A DNA stretch of 62,064 nt, counting the filler, from Dimargaris cristalligena (Eukaryota): the NCBI GenBank assembly GCA_003614675.1. It is 18 parts of 18 records of this genome, joined end to end, with 100 filler letters (N's around TTAATTAATTAA, not from the genome) between each part and the next. Parts side by side here need not be neighbours in the genome. Positions count along the whole stretch, not along the records: positions 10,431 to 13,800 come from ML003968.1; positions 13,901 to 17,269 come from ML003969.1; positions 17,370 to 20,733 come from ML003970.1; positions 20,834 to 24,196 come from ML003971.1; 14 more parts are not named here. One strand, 5' to 3'. The notes below the pieces were generated by a model. The model was not told where the DNA came from. It was given only the letters and a program-made list of their open reading frames with translations, and did no database searches. Below are positions 11,829-23,677 of the stretch, one piece after another (position 1 is the first letter of the stretch; the number at the start of each line of letters is the position of its first letter). Position numbers and translations under genes: made by a program.

Positions 11829-12650
11829 CTACGCCTTGGCTTGGGGTTGAGGTTGGGCAGCGGCAGCCGGCGGGTTCGCTTGGGCCTGAGGCGGGGCTGG
11901 AGCTGGGGTTTTAGCTGGGGCTTGGACTACAGCTTTCGCCTGAGGAGGAGGAGGAGTAGTCGCCAGGGGCTTTAAGTCAGCGGGTGCGGCCGTGGTCGCT
12001 GCGGTACCCCCACCTCCTGCTTTAGTATTAGCCGTACCGCTGGTATTAGGCAAAGGGGCAATGACGGCCGTACCACCCGTGGTGGTGGTAGTTTTGGGGG
12101 ATTTGGCGGCTGAGACGGTGTCAATCATTTTCACGGCCCCGGCCACGAAACCGGCCAACGAACCGGCCAAGGTCGCACCCGCCACGAGTTGTTCTTTCTT
12201 ATTAGCCTTGGTGGCGATTTCGACCGACGAAGACGGGGTCATTTCGGTCCCCTCCCGCTTTCGCTTCCGCGTCTGGGAGGGGGCATGCTCCGGGTGTCTT
12301 TGGATACCATTACGGCCAGCGTTAACATCACTATCATACCCATCGTCGTAATCACCATCATCATCATCCGAGTCATCATCCTTGTGGCCCATTTTTTTAA
12401 TATGCCGGCCTTCTTCACGGGCCTTTTTCAGTCGGTCCAGGGAATCTTTCGTACCGGCCGCCCCGCCCACTAGGAAACCGGTGGCAATACTGGCGTGGAG
12501 CGCGGTATTCCCGTGTTCCTTAATTTCCCGCTGGACGGTATCCACGAAATCCGGGCCATCGGGAAGCGGTGTGGCGTACACCCGCCGGGACTGGTGGTGG
12601 GCAATCAGGCCGAGGCCGAGCAAAAGGCCGGGGAAAGTGGGGGTCTTCAT
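11829..12650 (-). CDS. Secreted orphan protein, 273 aa (effector-like)
   Basis: Hydrophobic N-terminus, acidic tract, RKRKR cluster, Gly-rich hydrophobic segments, Pro/Ala/Gln tail. GC-rich coding-like composition. Confidence 0.75.
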   Translation of the reverse strand: MKTPTFPGLLLGLGLIAHHQSRRVYATPLPDGPDFVDTVQREIKEHGNTALHASIATGFLVGGAAGTKDSLDRLKKAREEGRHIKKMGHKDDDSDDDDGDYDDGYDSDVNAGRNGIQRHPEHAPSQTRKRKREGTEMTPSSSVEIATKANKKEQLVAGATLAGSLAGFVAGAVKMIDTVSAAKSPKTTTTTGGTAVIAPLPNTSGTANTKAGGGGTAATTAAPADLKPLATTPPPPQAKAVVQAPAKTPAPAPPQAQANPPAAAAQPQPQAKA

Positions 12651-14521
12651 GGTACAGCTGAGAGAGGGGAAGCGGGAGCAGGAGTGGTAGCTTTTAATTG
12701 AAGCTAATGGGAGAGGGGGATAATAATGAGGGATAGAATAGGAGAAAGAGAAGAGATATAGGTAAGGAGCCCGTACAATGGTCTAGAATTTTTACAACGA
12801 ACTATATGGGTGGTTTATGTATATATATATATATATATATATCTTAAAAAAGTTAACAGTCCTACCTATCCAATCAGGTTTCTGGTAAACAGCTGTAAAC
12901 GCTTAAAATTATATAATGATAATAGCTATAAAAAAAGTACAACCGCGGGAGGGGGGTGGGAATGCAGACTGGGCTGAGTTTCGCTGCCACTATGAATAAT
13001 CTTGATAGTTTTTTATGGAATTAACCAGGCCAGGGAGGGGGCGGGTATTTATATATTGCCTTTTTACTACTGACTTGATCAACCTGAGTCACACTGTCCT
13101 ACCGCCCAGTCTCCTAACTCGCCCGCTTGATGCTGCCCTAAAAGTCCTGCATTGCAATCAAAGATAAGAGGAGAGAGTGTGAGGGTGAAAGGCACCATTC
13201 AAACTTCGCGACCAAAAATAAAATATAGCAATAATTGGCCGGTGGACTGCTACTGTCCTACGCACGGCAATCACAAATGCCCGTTACACAGGAACACCGC
13301 GATGTTTCAATGGTCCCCCTTTGAGGAAGATACCGCCCTCTCTGAATTCCGATTTTTCCTGGCGCGGTAAGGAGGGTAGGCATCCTAGACATTAAAGATA
13401 CGCTTTATGTCCACCGCGACCACCTCCCATGCTTTCCCCCCTAGACTAAAAAACCCCCAATGTAAGAGTGAGGTAGTTAGTACGCCTTCAACCGAAAATA
13501 GTAACGGCGATGTAATCGGAAGTAGAGTATAGTCTGGGAAGATGTGGAAAAGGGCGAGGATGGGCATTAGAAATAAGGCAGCGGGAACGTGAAGGAGATG
13601 GGTATATCATTGGAAAAAACGGGGGTGAAAGAATCCCTAAATCTAGTAATTTTTTTATTTTGTTTTTAGTATTATATTAATAATAGTAATATTATTATTA
13701 TTTTACAGAAGGGGAAAGGGTAAGCTGACTAGGACGAAGGTAGGGGGGACCAAAGTACACGTTGCACTTGTACGATTCCGAATATTCGGGAATGCATCAT
13801 NNNNNNNNNNNNNNNNNNNNNNNNNNNNNNNNNNNNNNNNNNNNTTAATTAATTAANNNNNNNNNNNNNNNNNNNNNNNNNNNNNNNNNNNNNNNNNNNN
13901 GTGGCGTTGGGGAGAGGCTTTCATGGTTGTATACAATGGGCTGAATTAGCTCGGTGTCTGTTCCATGGACCAAGGGAGAGCTATGGTGTCACCTAACTGA
14001 AGGTTGTCAGAAAAAATAAAGTACAATGCGGAAGTCGATACAATGTGGGATGCGAGACTAGATGGTATTAGCTTCTTGAGAGCGCTCTATTGCTAAATGG
14101 TAACAGCCGATGGAATTTTATGGGTTAGATGGTTGTGGTGCTTTGGCCACGGCTTGAATTGACAGTCAGCTCCTCCTCCTGTACACACCAATTTGGCCTA
14201 GCTAAGCTGCAGCAGATAACAGGTGGAGAGAGTATCGTAGGGATTTAAGCAAGCCAGTCAGAATAGTCTAGTCTGGCCCCCTCCTATGCTCTCGGTTGGG
14301 TTTGGGAGTCTAGGCTGAGCTACCCATTGAAATAATTTCCCATGCGGGAATGTTGATAGGCCACGGATAAGATATACCATATACTTGATCCAGTCAAAAA
14401 ATAATACCACCTCTTACTATGTGCAGAAATAGGCTCAATAGTCTTGGCCAGTGTATCCACTTTGTGAAGATTGTAGCTGCATACAGCGAAATTGCAGGAG
14501 TGGGCCGAATAGTGAAAACCG

Positions 14522-14884
14522 AACCCTAAAGTGCCAATACAACGCTCTTCCTCTTTCTCTTACGAATCTACCGTATTGTACATCGATTTGCCCTCCCACC
14601 TCGCAATCGAGGTATGCCATGTCGCCATCTACTTTTATCTCACCGTCGTAGCCGTCCCTAAACACTCGAAACGCCAAATGTGAAGGCGGAAGCGATTCGC
14701 GAACCATCCATCCATCCGCCCAGTCTTTCGCATCGGCACACCCATCCATCCATCCATCTGAGATGGACGAACCGGTATCGAACACCCCCCACCACCAGCC
14801 GGAAACCCAGTGACTAACCATCCGTACCCATATCCGATTTTTTTATATATTGCTACCCCCCTTTGCTAATCCCACCCCATTCAG
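14522..14884 (+). promoter_or_regulatory. RPL17 promoter/5' UTR: telo-box-like AACCCTAA, pyrimidine initiator tract, putative 5'-UTR intron 14612-14884
   Basis: AACCCTAAA at 14522, CTCTTCCTCTTTCT at ~14545, GAG|GTATGC donor, GCTAAT branch site and CAG acceptor 10 nt before the ATG. Confidence 0.55.
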
Positions 14885-14894
14885 AATCATAAAC

Positions 14895-15473
14895 ATGGTC
14901 CGTTACTCCGCTACCCCGGCTAACTCGAGCAAGTCCGCTCTCGCCCGCGGTGCCTACCTGCGCGTGTCCTTCAAGAACACCCACGAGACCGCCGTCGCCA
15001 TCTCCGGCATGAAGCTGCTGAAGGCCATTGACTACCTGAACAATGTCAAGGCCCACAAGCAGTGCGTGCCCTTCCGTCGCTTCAACGGAGGTGTCGGCCG
15101 CTGCGCCCAGGCCAAGGAATTCGGAACCACTCAGGGTCGCTGGCCCGTCAAGAGCGTCATGTTCCTGCTCGGTCTCCTCGAAAATGTTAAGGCCAACGCC
15201 GAATCCAAGAGCCTCGATCTGAACAAGACCGTCATCACTCACATTCAGGTCAACGCCGCCCCCAAGCAGCGCCGTCGTACTTACCGTGCCCACGGTCGTA
15301 TCAACCCCTTCATGAGCAACCCCTGCCATATTGAGGTCATCGTGACTGAGAAGTCCGAGAAGGTCGCCGCCGCCCCCGCCAAGGAATCCAAGAAGGTTAC
15401 CCGCCGTGGCCTGGCCCTCAAGCTCCGTCACGCCGTCAAGCGCTCTGCCCAGCAGGGTAAGCCCAAGGTTTAA
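14895..15473 (+). CDS. RPL17: 60S ribosomal protein L17 (uL22)
   Basis: MVRYS...[12 protein letters not shown]...[13 protein letters not shown]...GRWPVKS...[22 protein letters not shown]. Strong codon bias. Confidence 0.98.
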   Translation: MVRYSATPANSSKSALARGAYLRVSFKNTHETAVAISGMKLLKAIDYLNNVKAHKQCVPFRRFNGGVGRCAQAKEFGTTQGRWPVKSVMFLLGLLENVKANAESKSLDLNKTVITHIQVNAAPKQRRRTYRAHGRINPFMSNPCHIEVIVTEKSEKVAAAPAKESKKVTRRGLALKLRHAVKRSAQQGKPKV

Positions 15474-16384
15474 GACCATAAACACATATTAACCATTCAC
15501 TTCTCTCCGTGGTTTTTTTTGATATCCTCGAATAAAAACGGGTCGGGCTATTTTCTTTTAGCGCCGGATGGAAATTCCCCCTTTACACTACATAATTCCG
15601 GTCACTTTCCACTCTCATCTCGCGCTTTTCAAACTTAAAGAGTACCTGTCATATCGGACCTGACATCTGCTTAATTTGGACATTGGCATGTAGTACCCCT
15701 CCTACCATCCCCGAACGGTATCGTACATTTCCAATGAATAGGTTGTATTACAATAGCTCGTGTGTGTTTGGTAATCCGGCAGAGAAGCTCCGTTCCTTTG
15801 GTGCAGGTACTCTCCCATCAGATAATCATTACCGGTGGAGGATGCCTAAGCCATTTACGTTATTCAAGAACAAATACTGTCCCTGGTTTGCTAGAAAAGT
15901 GACGGCTCTACCAAGTGGGGAATTGGTACGTTGATGGTTTTACAAAAGGTGAAGCGCAATCTTATGCTCCTGTGGTTGGTCTGGTTCACAGCGGGTTGTC
16001 CAATTGCTATGAGTTCGGAGTTCGCCAAAGCGTGATTTAGATGATGTTGCGTTAATAATGATTCAATGTTGAGGTAGTTGGTTTGCAGTAATGTATTCGG
16101 CTATAGTTGGGGGATGTATTGTTATTATTCGAGTGCGAAGTAATATAGTTATTGGAATTTCATTTACCCTAACTAGACCATATTTTCGGCAACGCACAGC
16201 TGCAGTTTACTGACCTAATATACGCTTTCAGAGTTTATAACCGTCACTAGGCCAGGGATGATTTAAATGTTTTTCGATTGCTCAAGATTCGAGGAAGGTA
16301 GCAAATATGGCTAGTTGGATATTGCCAAGCCTGCACAGACATTTTTATTTATTACCACGAACAAGGTTTAAAATAATATAATCC

Positions 16385-16829
16385 AAGCGGAGGTTCAACT
16401 AGGCTGTAAAACGAAAAATCCGTCGAATGGGGCAACTCCTACCAGTTAAAAATGCATATTCCGCCTATTTTTAATACACATATTATTACAACCTTTCTAC
16501 AGCTAGGCCGAATATAACCCATATATTTAGCAATGTCACATATTAACGAAATCAGGGCATTCAATATCATAGTTACCTTGCACCCATTCATAAAATAAGT
16601 TTTCGGGGTATCAGTTCTTCCCAAATAGGTTGACATTGTATCAGAAATAGCAGTACTGTCTCAGCTTTTGTTTATAATGTATAATATGGGTGAGGTTCAA
16701 CAAGCCAGTATGACGAACAATCCAGCCAACAAGACAATTTTTACTACTGGTTAAAAAGTAACAGCCTCCTTATAATTACATACATATAACATGTAAAACC
16801 TTATAAAACTGGGCCAAATATTGCCAATA
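16385..16829 (+). mobile_element. Two diverged MITE family M copies (~16385-16523 and 16685-16829)
   Basis: GGTTCAA...GAAAAATCC...CAGTTAAAA/CTGGTTAAAA...AACCTT..A core with TATGGG/CCCATA-like ends. Confidence 0.7.
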
Positions 16830-17207
16830 TACTGCAATGTCCCTATATTTTTTCTAGTGCAGTGCAACTGATACCAAAGCATAGAAGAGTATTCAATGTA
16901 AAGAGTCTCCAGCAAAGCATACACAATTCCAGAGTCCTTCATTTTTAGTGACTATCAATGGTCTGCAAATGATTACAATACTCATTGGTGTTTAATACTA
17001 GGCCAATGCAGCATGATCAGCTTATAACTAATCAACAAATTACAAGTAAATTAATTGGGCATGGGTCAAATGGTTATGTTAGATTAGTGAATAGTTATGA
17101 GTGGGCTTTTATTATCTGAAGATGGTGAGCATGATATATATAAGCAAATTAAGGTGAATAGCAATGGGAGTGCTAGTGAACTAAGAAATTGAAATATGGC
17201 AGGCAGA

Positions 17208-17269
17208 TTGTAAAGAACTGAAATCAAATCCTTGAAAACTGAACTTTATTTGAAAAGATAGATAATAAA
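17208..17269 (-). repeat. LTR family B 3' end
   Basis: Matches 48283-48343; the contig breaks inside the repeat. Confidence 0.8.
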
Positions 17270-17594
17270 NNNNNNNNNNNNNNNNNNNNNNNNNNNNNNN
17301 NNNNNNNNNNNNNTTAATTAATTAANNNNNNNNNNNNNNNNNNNNNNNNNNNNNNNNNNNNNNNNNNNNAATACTATATAAAATGAATTGGCCCGGCTTC
17401 GAATTTTTTTCAAGTTCTCTTAAAGCCGTCAGTGGATATTTACTTGATGAATAGCCTATAACTAGGCATCGTCATTTCTAGTAGTTGTCTTCCTTCTTTT
17501 CATTTTTCTAAATACCCGGTTATTATATATATTCGGGTCAACGGCCTGGTAATAATTCTCAGCCGCTCCAACCCATCGGGCTTGTGCATTGACA

Positions 17595-20162
17595 ATGCGT
17601 GCCTATTCGTTATGGGTAGCTATGGCCATGGCCCTCCTGGGCGATTTGCCCTCAGCCATGGGCCAATTGATTGGAGGTCCAAGTAGCGTTGCCTTCAACA
17701 CTGTTCCCCATAACTACATTGTCAAGTTCAACGGAGATCCCGGCGATCCGGCGGGGGCCGCTGCTTTCTTTGCCCAAATGGCCGCTCTGGGTATTCCCTA
17801 CACGATTACAGCCAATTATTCGGTGCTGCTGAACGGGGCGAGTATCGAGGTCGATGATCAGTATAATGATGCCATGGTCTCCCTGCCGGGCGTCAAGACT
17901 GTGTGGCCATTGGGCATCAATAGTATGGATGCGGGGCTTTCAGTCTCCTCCGCACCCTATTTCCCTACTCTGCCACCCAAACCCATGCTGGCCCACAACT
18001 ACACCGGAGTCAATAATGTCCAGAACGTGTTGAACGTCACCGGTCGCAACGTCAAGATTGGGGTGCTCGATTCGGGTATCGACTATAACCACCCCGCGTT
18101 TGGCAGCTGCTTCAAAACCCCCGGTTGCCGTCTCCAGTACGGGTATGATTTCGTGGGCGACTTTTTTTCGGGTAAAAATGCGGTTCCCGATAGTGACCCT
18201 TTTGATCCCTGCCAGTACCACGGGACTCATGTGACCGGAATTCTTGCAGGTAACGATGGTGACTTCAAGGGCGTGGCCCCCGATGCTACCATCGGCGTGT
18301 ATCGTGTAATGGGTTGTTATAATATCGTCACGGAGAGCGTCGTGGTTCAGGCCCTGGAACAAGCTTACTTGGACGGCATGGACATTGTCACCATGTCCAT
18401 TGGATTCCCCGGCGGTTGGGGGACTTCAGCTTCGGGGGATACTTCAGCGGCCCTGATTCGGCGAGGCGTCTTCGTGGTATCAGCCGCTGGGAATCGGGGC
18501 AAAGACGGAATGTGGTCGATTGACGGGCCATCGGTTCGAAATTCAACTGTTTCAGTGGGCTCTGCTGAAATGCCCTTCCACTACAGCCAGTACCTCAACG
18601 TGACCTCCGATGAGCTTGTAGGGATTCGCCGTACCATGTTTCAGAGTAGTGTGGGCTCTCTTAGCATCCAACTTCAAATGGTCCGCGGATTGGCTACTGG
18701 AAGCACCGCCGACGACTATGGGTGCAACGCGTTACCTACCTTTACCGGCAAAGCGGTCCTTGTGCAAAACGGTGGCTGCAACATGTATACCAAGGGCCTG
18801 AATGTCCAAAATGCTGGGGGAACTGTGATGATTGTTTACCCGAGCGACGATAGCGACCCTGTCACTGTTGCATACGAATACGAGCTGTACCTCCCCGCAG
18901 TGGCCATCTACAGGGTTGATGCTCTATATCTGATCAATAAGATTGGCACTGTGGGTACTCTCGGTGTTTCATCCCGACCGGATAGTATTTTATTTGATTC
19001 GTTTACTCCCCGTGCGCCGTCTGCCTTTTCATCGTGGGGCCCTGGCCCCGAATCCGAGGTGAAGCCCGAGCTCCTCGGTCCCGGATCTAGTATCTATGCC
19101 CCCTGGCCGCTCCGGCTCGGATCGTACGGTATCGCATCCGGAACCTCAATGTCCACTCCCTACGTTGCCGGCGTCGCTGCTCTGGCCATTGAATACGGCA
19201 AAACCAATGTCAACCGAGGAACTCTATCGGCTATTGTTAACACGGCCCGTCCCCAAATTAACCCTGCTAGCTTAATTTACTATCCAGTGATTCAGCAAGG
19301 GGCCGGTATTCTCAATGGCTATGGCGCTGTCACCTCTCAGATCATCTTTAATGTCACCTCAGTCAATGGCACCTTCCCTGAAACCGATTGGCGCGACTTT
19401 GACTATTTTTTCAGCTATAATAACACGGGAAATGTCTCCTGGGCCTACAAACTACAATCAGCCAAAGCCCAGAGCGTGTCTGGATTCGATAACACCAAGA
19501 CATTGGTCATTCCACCCATCACCAATAAGAAGACACCCAGTGTTTGGCTGTCTAATTCCTCACTGAATGCCGCCGCCGGCAAGACGGGATATTTCAACAT
19601 CAATCTTGACCACTCGTCCTACGAACGTTCCGAAATGCTCGTCTATAACGGCTATCTGGTTATGTATCCCACTGCTGGTGTATCGAAGGGCTTTAACTAC
19701 ACTATCCCCTTTAGTGGCTTATCGTACAATTCCAGTCTGGTTCCTATTTTACCGCCTTTAAGTACCGGCCTCCCCTGCCTGGTTCAGTACAGAGAGAACG
19801 TCTGTCTCAACGAACTCCGCACCTTCCAGATTCCTTATAATTACCCGGCCATTGTGTTCACTCTCCAACACCCCATTTATCGTATGCGTATTCGCATTGC
19901 TAAGGCCGCCACTCCTACTTTGATCCATGCATCGGTCCGCGAAAATCACTATTTCGATATGTCACGTAATTTCCCGTCGGCCGGCTCAATGAATTACACC
20001 TACGCCTGGGATGGCCGAGTGTTCTCCAACACCGATCCTACCACCCTGTATTACCCTAACAATGGCGACTATGTGCTCCTCGTCTTTTTATACACTTACA
20101 GTTCCGGCTCGACTCCGATCATTTGGTACTCCAAGCCACTGACCTTCCGGGGCCCTGGCTAA
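17595..20162 (+). CDS. Secreted subtilisin-like serine protease (S8: prodomain, catalytic domain with PA insert, Fn3-like C-terminus), intronless
   Basis: Signal peptide. Triad motifs VLDSG, HGTHVTG, GTSMSTP; oxyanion AAGN; PA-like insert GKAVLVQNGGC. Confidence 0.95.
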   Translation: MRAYSLWVAMAMALLGDLPSAMGQLIGGPSSVAFNTVPHNYIVKFNGDPGDPAGAAAFFAQMAALGIPYTITANYSVLLNGASIEVDDQYNDAMVSLPGVKTVWPLGINSMDAGLSVSSAPYFPTLPPKPMLAHNYTGVNNVQNVLNVTGRNVKIGVLDSGIDYNHPAFGSCFKTPGCRLQYGYDFVGDFFSGKNAVPDSDPFDPCQYHGTHVTGILAGNDGDFKGVAPDATIGVYRVMGCYNIVTESVVVQALEQAYLDGMDIVTMSIGFPGGWGTSASGDTSAALIRRGVFVVSAAGNRGKDGMWSIDGPSVRNSTVSVGSAEMPFHYSQYLNVTSDELVGIRRTMFQSSVGSLSIQLQMVRGLATGSTADDYGCNALPTFTGKAVLVQNGGCNMYTKGLNVQNAGGTVMIVYPSDDSDPVTVAYEYELYLPAVAIYRVDALYLINKIGTVGTLGVSSRPDSILFDSFTPRAPSAFSSWGPGPESEVKPELLGPGSSIYAPWPLRLGSYGIASGTSMSTPYVAGVAALAIEYGKTNVNRGTLSAIVNTARPQINPASLIYYPVIQQGAGILNGYGAVTSQIIFNVTSVNGTFPETDWRDFDYFFSYNNTGNVSWAYKLQSAKAQSVSGFDNTKTLVIPPITNKKTPSVWLSNSSLNAAAGKTGYFNINLDHSSYERSEMLVYNGYLVMYPTAGVSKGFNYTIPFSGLSYNSSLVPILPPLSTGLPCLVQYRENVCLNELRTFQIPYNYPAIVFTLQHPIYRMRIRIAKAATPTLIHASVRENHYFDMSRNFPSAGSMNYTYAWDGRVFSNTDPTTLYYPNNGDYVLLVFLYTYSSGSTPIIWYSKPLTFRGPG

Positions 20163-20867
20163 TAGGCAGCTTGGATTTTTACGAATGGCTTCCCCTAGTT
20201 ATCGTCACAAAATCCCTAATTTTATCTACTTTATTTTGAACCCGCCCCCCCCCCCAGTTTTCTACAGTATTCACCAATTTCGACAGTTTAGCCCTAGTCC
20301 CGGTATTTTCTTGTTACGAGTTACACCGATGTTGTAGCAATTTTTGGCGTAGCTAACCTTCCTTCCAACCATAATTTTACAGTGGTATTATGTCCCATAT
20401 CTAATTGATATGTGGTTGATTGCCACAGCCTATTCTTTATTCGTTTTTGGACTTGTATGTTTGTTTGGCTTATTAATTGCCCTATTATTTAATTCTACCG
20501 GGCTTTACTTATTTGCCAATGCATTTGCGCTGTTAAAATATGATTTGTCACTGGTATAGCTATAATAATAAATGTCCCCTACAATAATGTTGGTTATACG
20601 TTGTGCTATAATCTATTTCTCAAGGCCATTCATTTTGCTACGATTGTTAGGCCTTTAATAAGTAATAGAGATAATAGAGATAATTGCAAGTAAGAAGGGA
20701 ACCTCCTAGATCCATGGAGGGGAGTGGGGGGTGNNNNNNNNNNNNNNNNNNNNNNNNNNNNNNNNNNNNNNNNNNNNTTAATTAATTAANNNNNNNNNNN
20801 NNNNNNNNNNNNNNNNNNNNNNNNNNNNNNNNNAAATTAAGGGATTCCCCATTTATATGTATATGTA

Positions 20868-21009
20868 TATGGGAGAAGTTCATTCAGGCTGTATAATGAA
20901 AAATCCATTGGATGAGGCCAATATTACTGGTTAAAAGCTATTCTCCCATATATTCGCACATACACGTATTATATAAACCCTTATACAACTGGTTTGAACT
21001 TCATCCATA
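20868..21009 (+). mobile_element. MITE family M, full copy, in intron 2 of SSF1
   Basis: TATGGGAGAAGTTCATTCAGGCTGTATAA ... TTATACAACTGGTTTGAACTTCATCCATA imperfect TIRs with TA ends. Confidence 0.85.
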
Positions 21010-21110
21010 TGTATATATATATATATATATATATATTCAACGATACGGATATATACTCCAACGGCGGGACGAGACAGTAGTTAGATGAAAGTAGTGGGGG
21101 GGAGGCTCAC

Positions 21111-21558
21111 CTTCAGCCGGGTGGCCGTATTAGGTTCCATCACTTTCCGGAAATCTTTGACCAGGGCGTTGACAGAGGTTCCGACAAGACCCGAGCGAAT
21201 TACGAAACTCCGGGGGGTTTTGTCGTCATTCTCGTACTTTTCGACATTCAGTTGCCGGGCTTGCTTGCGGCGAGCCTTGGAAGCCTTCTATAAAAGGGCC
21301 AGTGAATTAATCGATTCGACCATGGTGAAGCAGTTAGTATTTATTTCGTTTCCAGTTGGACCGGCCGGTGGACTCGCCCTGGAGGAGGCCCGGGCCGTTT
21401 TGAATGAGAGACTCTATTGGTATACTGAACATGTCCCCATTTAAAAGATCAGCCATAAATGCGGCCCAGTGAAAGCGCCCGATACGGCAGGTTCTGGGAT
21501 GGCAAAGGCCCAATTGAGGGAAGAAGAGAGAGTTATAGTTTACCTTGCGTTTGACCAT
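21111..21558 (-). CDS. SSF1: Brix-domain ribosome biogenesis factor Ssf1/Peter Pan, first two exons (21558-21544, 21287-21111); the rest is off-contig
   Basis: Spliced MVKRK|KASKARRK...TPRSFVIRSGLVG.SVNALVKDFRKVMEPNTATRLK| with GT-AG sites in phase. Confidence 0.88.
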
Positions 21559-22234
21559 GGTGACGAAGTTAGGGTATCGGTACTATTGAATCCAACGAAT
21601 GGACAGGACTGCGGATATAGCGAGGGTCAAAGGGAAAGACCAACTAAACGAAGTGACGGGAGTTTTACAGGCAGCTCGAGAAGTGATGCAGTAGCGAACA
21701 ATGGCAGTGAAGACTCTGTTGGTAAGCAGAGTGTCTCTTAGAGCAACTTCTGGTTGAATCGAAGGTATTTTTTGGACTTTGCTTCTGCCATTCCTCCAGG
21801 CTATGTTATATGCAGTATGCATACTGCCAGTTATCTCTTTTTCTAACAAAAAAATAACCAGTGAAAAATTTTCGAAGCGCATATTGCCTATCTCTGCCAT
21901 TATTATATAGATGAACCCACAGCTACCCAGCTTATTTCCCCGCGATGGGACATTATAACACGCTTACTATATACTACACCTCACCCTGCTTTTTATAATA
22001 CCTTCCCCCCCCCATATTAACTCCTCTCAGCTGCTGCGGTTAATGAAAAAGCCTATGCTGTGGAGCCTGAGTCAAACCAGGGTACAAGTTATATACGGGT
22101 GTGGCCAAGTCCATGAGCCTAATCTCGATTAATCTGTGGTCGTCACCCACACCCTCAGCCGTTCCTACCACTACTAGCAAAGGGTATTCTCCATTCATTC
22201 AACCCGAATTACCCTCCCTCCCTTCGTCTTCGCC

Positions 22235-23677
22235 ATGGCCTTTCCGCTCGCTCACCTCGACCCCTCCGTTTTCACCCGCATTTGCGCCTACCTCGCGGTC
22301 CCGGACCTACTGACATTGGCCCGGGTCAATCGAGCTCTCCACCACCAATGCGAACTCGAGGCCGTCTGGGAACCGCGGACCGTGGCCCGCTTCGGCGACA
22401 TAACCCGCGTCACTACTACTCTGCGCACCGCCGGATTCGTGCTGCCTAATTTCGAGCTGGACACTTTGGGCGTCCCTAGGCTGACCCTCCAGGAGGAGTC
22501 GGAGGCGCCGAATAGGCGCTCGGCTTGGAAGGCCCGGTACCTGACTAAACTCACCCAGCAAAAGAATGCGGCGGCTCGGGATACCCTCCTGCAAACCTGG
22601 TTTAACGCTGCCCAAGAACAACTCCAAGCCTTCCAAAATACCCCGGACAAATCGCTACTGGAAAGTGCGGCCGAGCTGCTGGTGCGCATTCTGGGTAAGC
22701 CACAGTCTATCTATTGGGATTTTATTACTACTACGCACTGGCTTCGTACATATAGACGCCCGGTGATCATACTATATACAAAACGCCTGGCCAAACCGGC
22801 GTGGTTGTCGTACTACCCCCAGACCCGTATTGGGGAAATATACTCCGACTTAACCTTCCCCCCAATTTTGCTAATTATCCACGAACATATTCTGACCCAT
22901 CCCCAAATCTGGGCTGAATCCTTGATTATGTAGATGTTGAACCTGGCCATGCTCCCTCGTACCATCAATTGGCCATCATTTGTACCTTCACCAATGCATT
23001 TGAAGCTGCCTTAAACCTGCTCGATCTTGGCCTAGCCGCCGATGACCAGTACGAGCCAATACTCGAACTTCGCCAACAAGTCCAGAGCATGCAAACTGCG
23101 CTCCACGGCGCTAAAGGTGGGTTATTTGTACACGTCAAATGTAACACGTGCAGCGTATGGGTATTTTCCCTGCGAAGGATTTGCTCCGCCATATTCCGGT
23201 ACCCCTTGTATTTGTCCTACACCACTTGGTCAATTCTGGAGTCGCGCGGTATTCCCGGTTGTAACCTCATTCTCAAATTGTCATTATTTCCGATTCGCCC
23301 CTCTTTTTGATGCGTACCCGACAACCCACCGACTAGACGACCGGACCGTGCCTCTTATCGTAGACCACGATCTAAGTGAACCTTTTCGGAATGCACTGGC
23401 CTTATTATTTAGGCGCTATAACCGCAACCGGGACGGCGTTATGTCCCGCGTAGAATTCCGGCAGTTCGTTCAGGATACCAACGGCCAAACCCCCGAGCTG
23501 GCTTTTGTCGACTCTATTTGCCAACACTATTCGGGCCGCTCATCTAGCGGCATGACATTGCCCGGATTTTGCGCCTTTTTCAAGGAGCAGGCTCTTCATG
23601 AGCCCGTGGAAGTTCGCGACGACTTGGCCAAGCACGGCTTTGATAAAGCCACCCTCAGACACACGGTATTAAAATAA
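22235..23677 (+). CDS. F-box + TPR-like + EF-hand protein, 3 exons (22235-22694, 22934-23116, 23337-23677), 327 aa
   Basis: F-box LAHLDPSVFTRICAYLAVPDLLTLARVNR...W. TPR-like AAELLVRILDVEPGHAPSYHQLA...FEAALNLL. EF loop NRNRDGVMSRVE. The splice phases join into one open frame. Confidence 0.8.

Noticed and set aside
14670-14770. Box C/D snoRNA in the RPL17 UTR intron
   Set aside because: A CTGA is present but there is no convincing RTGATGA box C or terminal stem.
14853-15485. 210-aa antisense ORF over RPL17 (likewise 11992-12690, 22288-22689, 33527-33844)
   Set aside because: Shadow ORFs caused by codon bias on the real strand.
6958-20162. NRPS + secreted protein + protease as a biosynthetic or virulence gene cluster
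   Set aside because: They are on different contigs joined only by size sorting.
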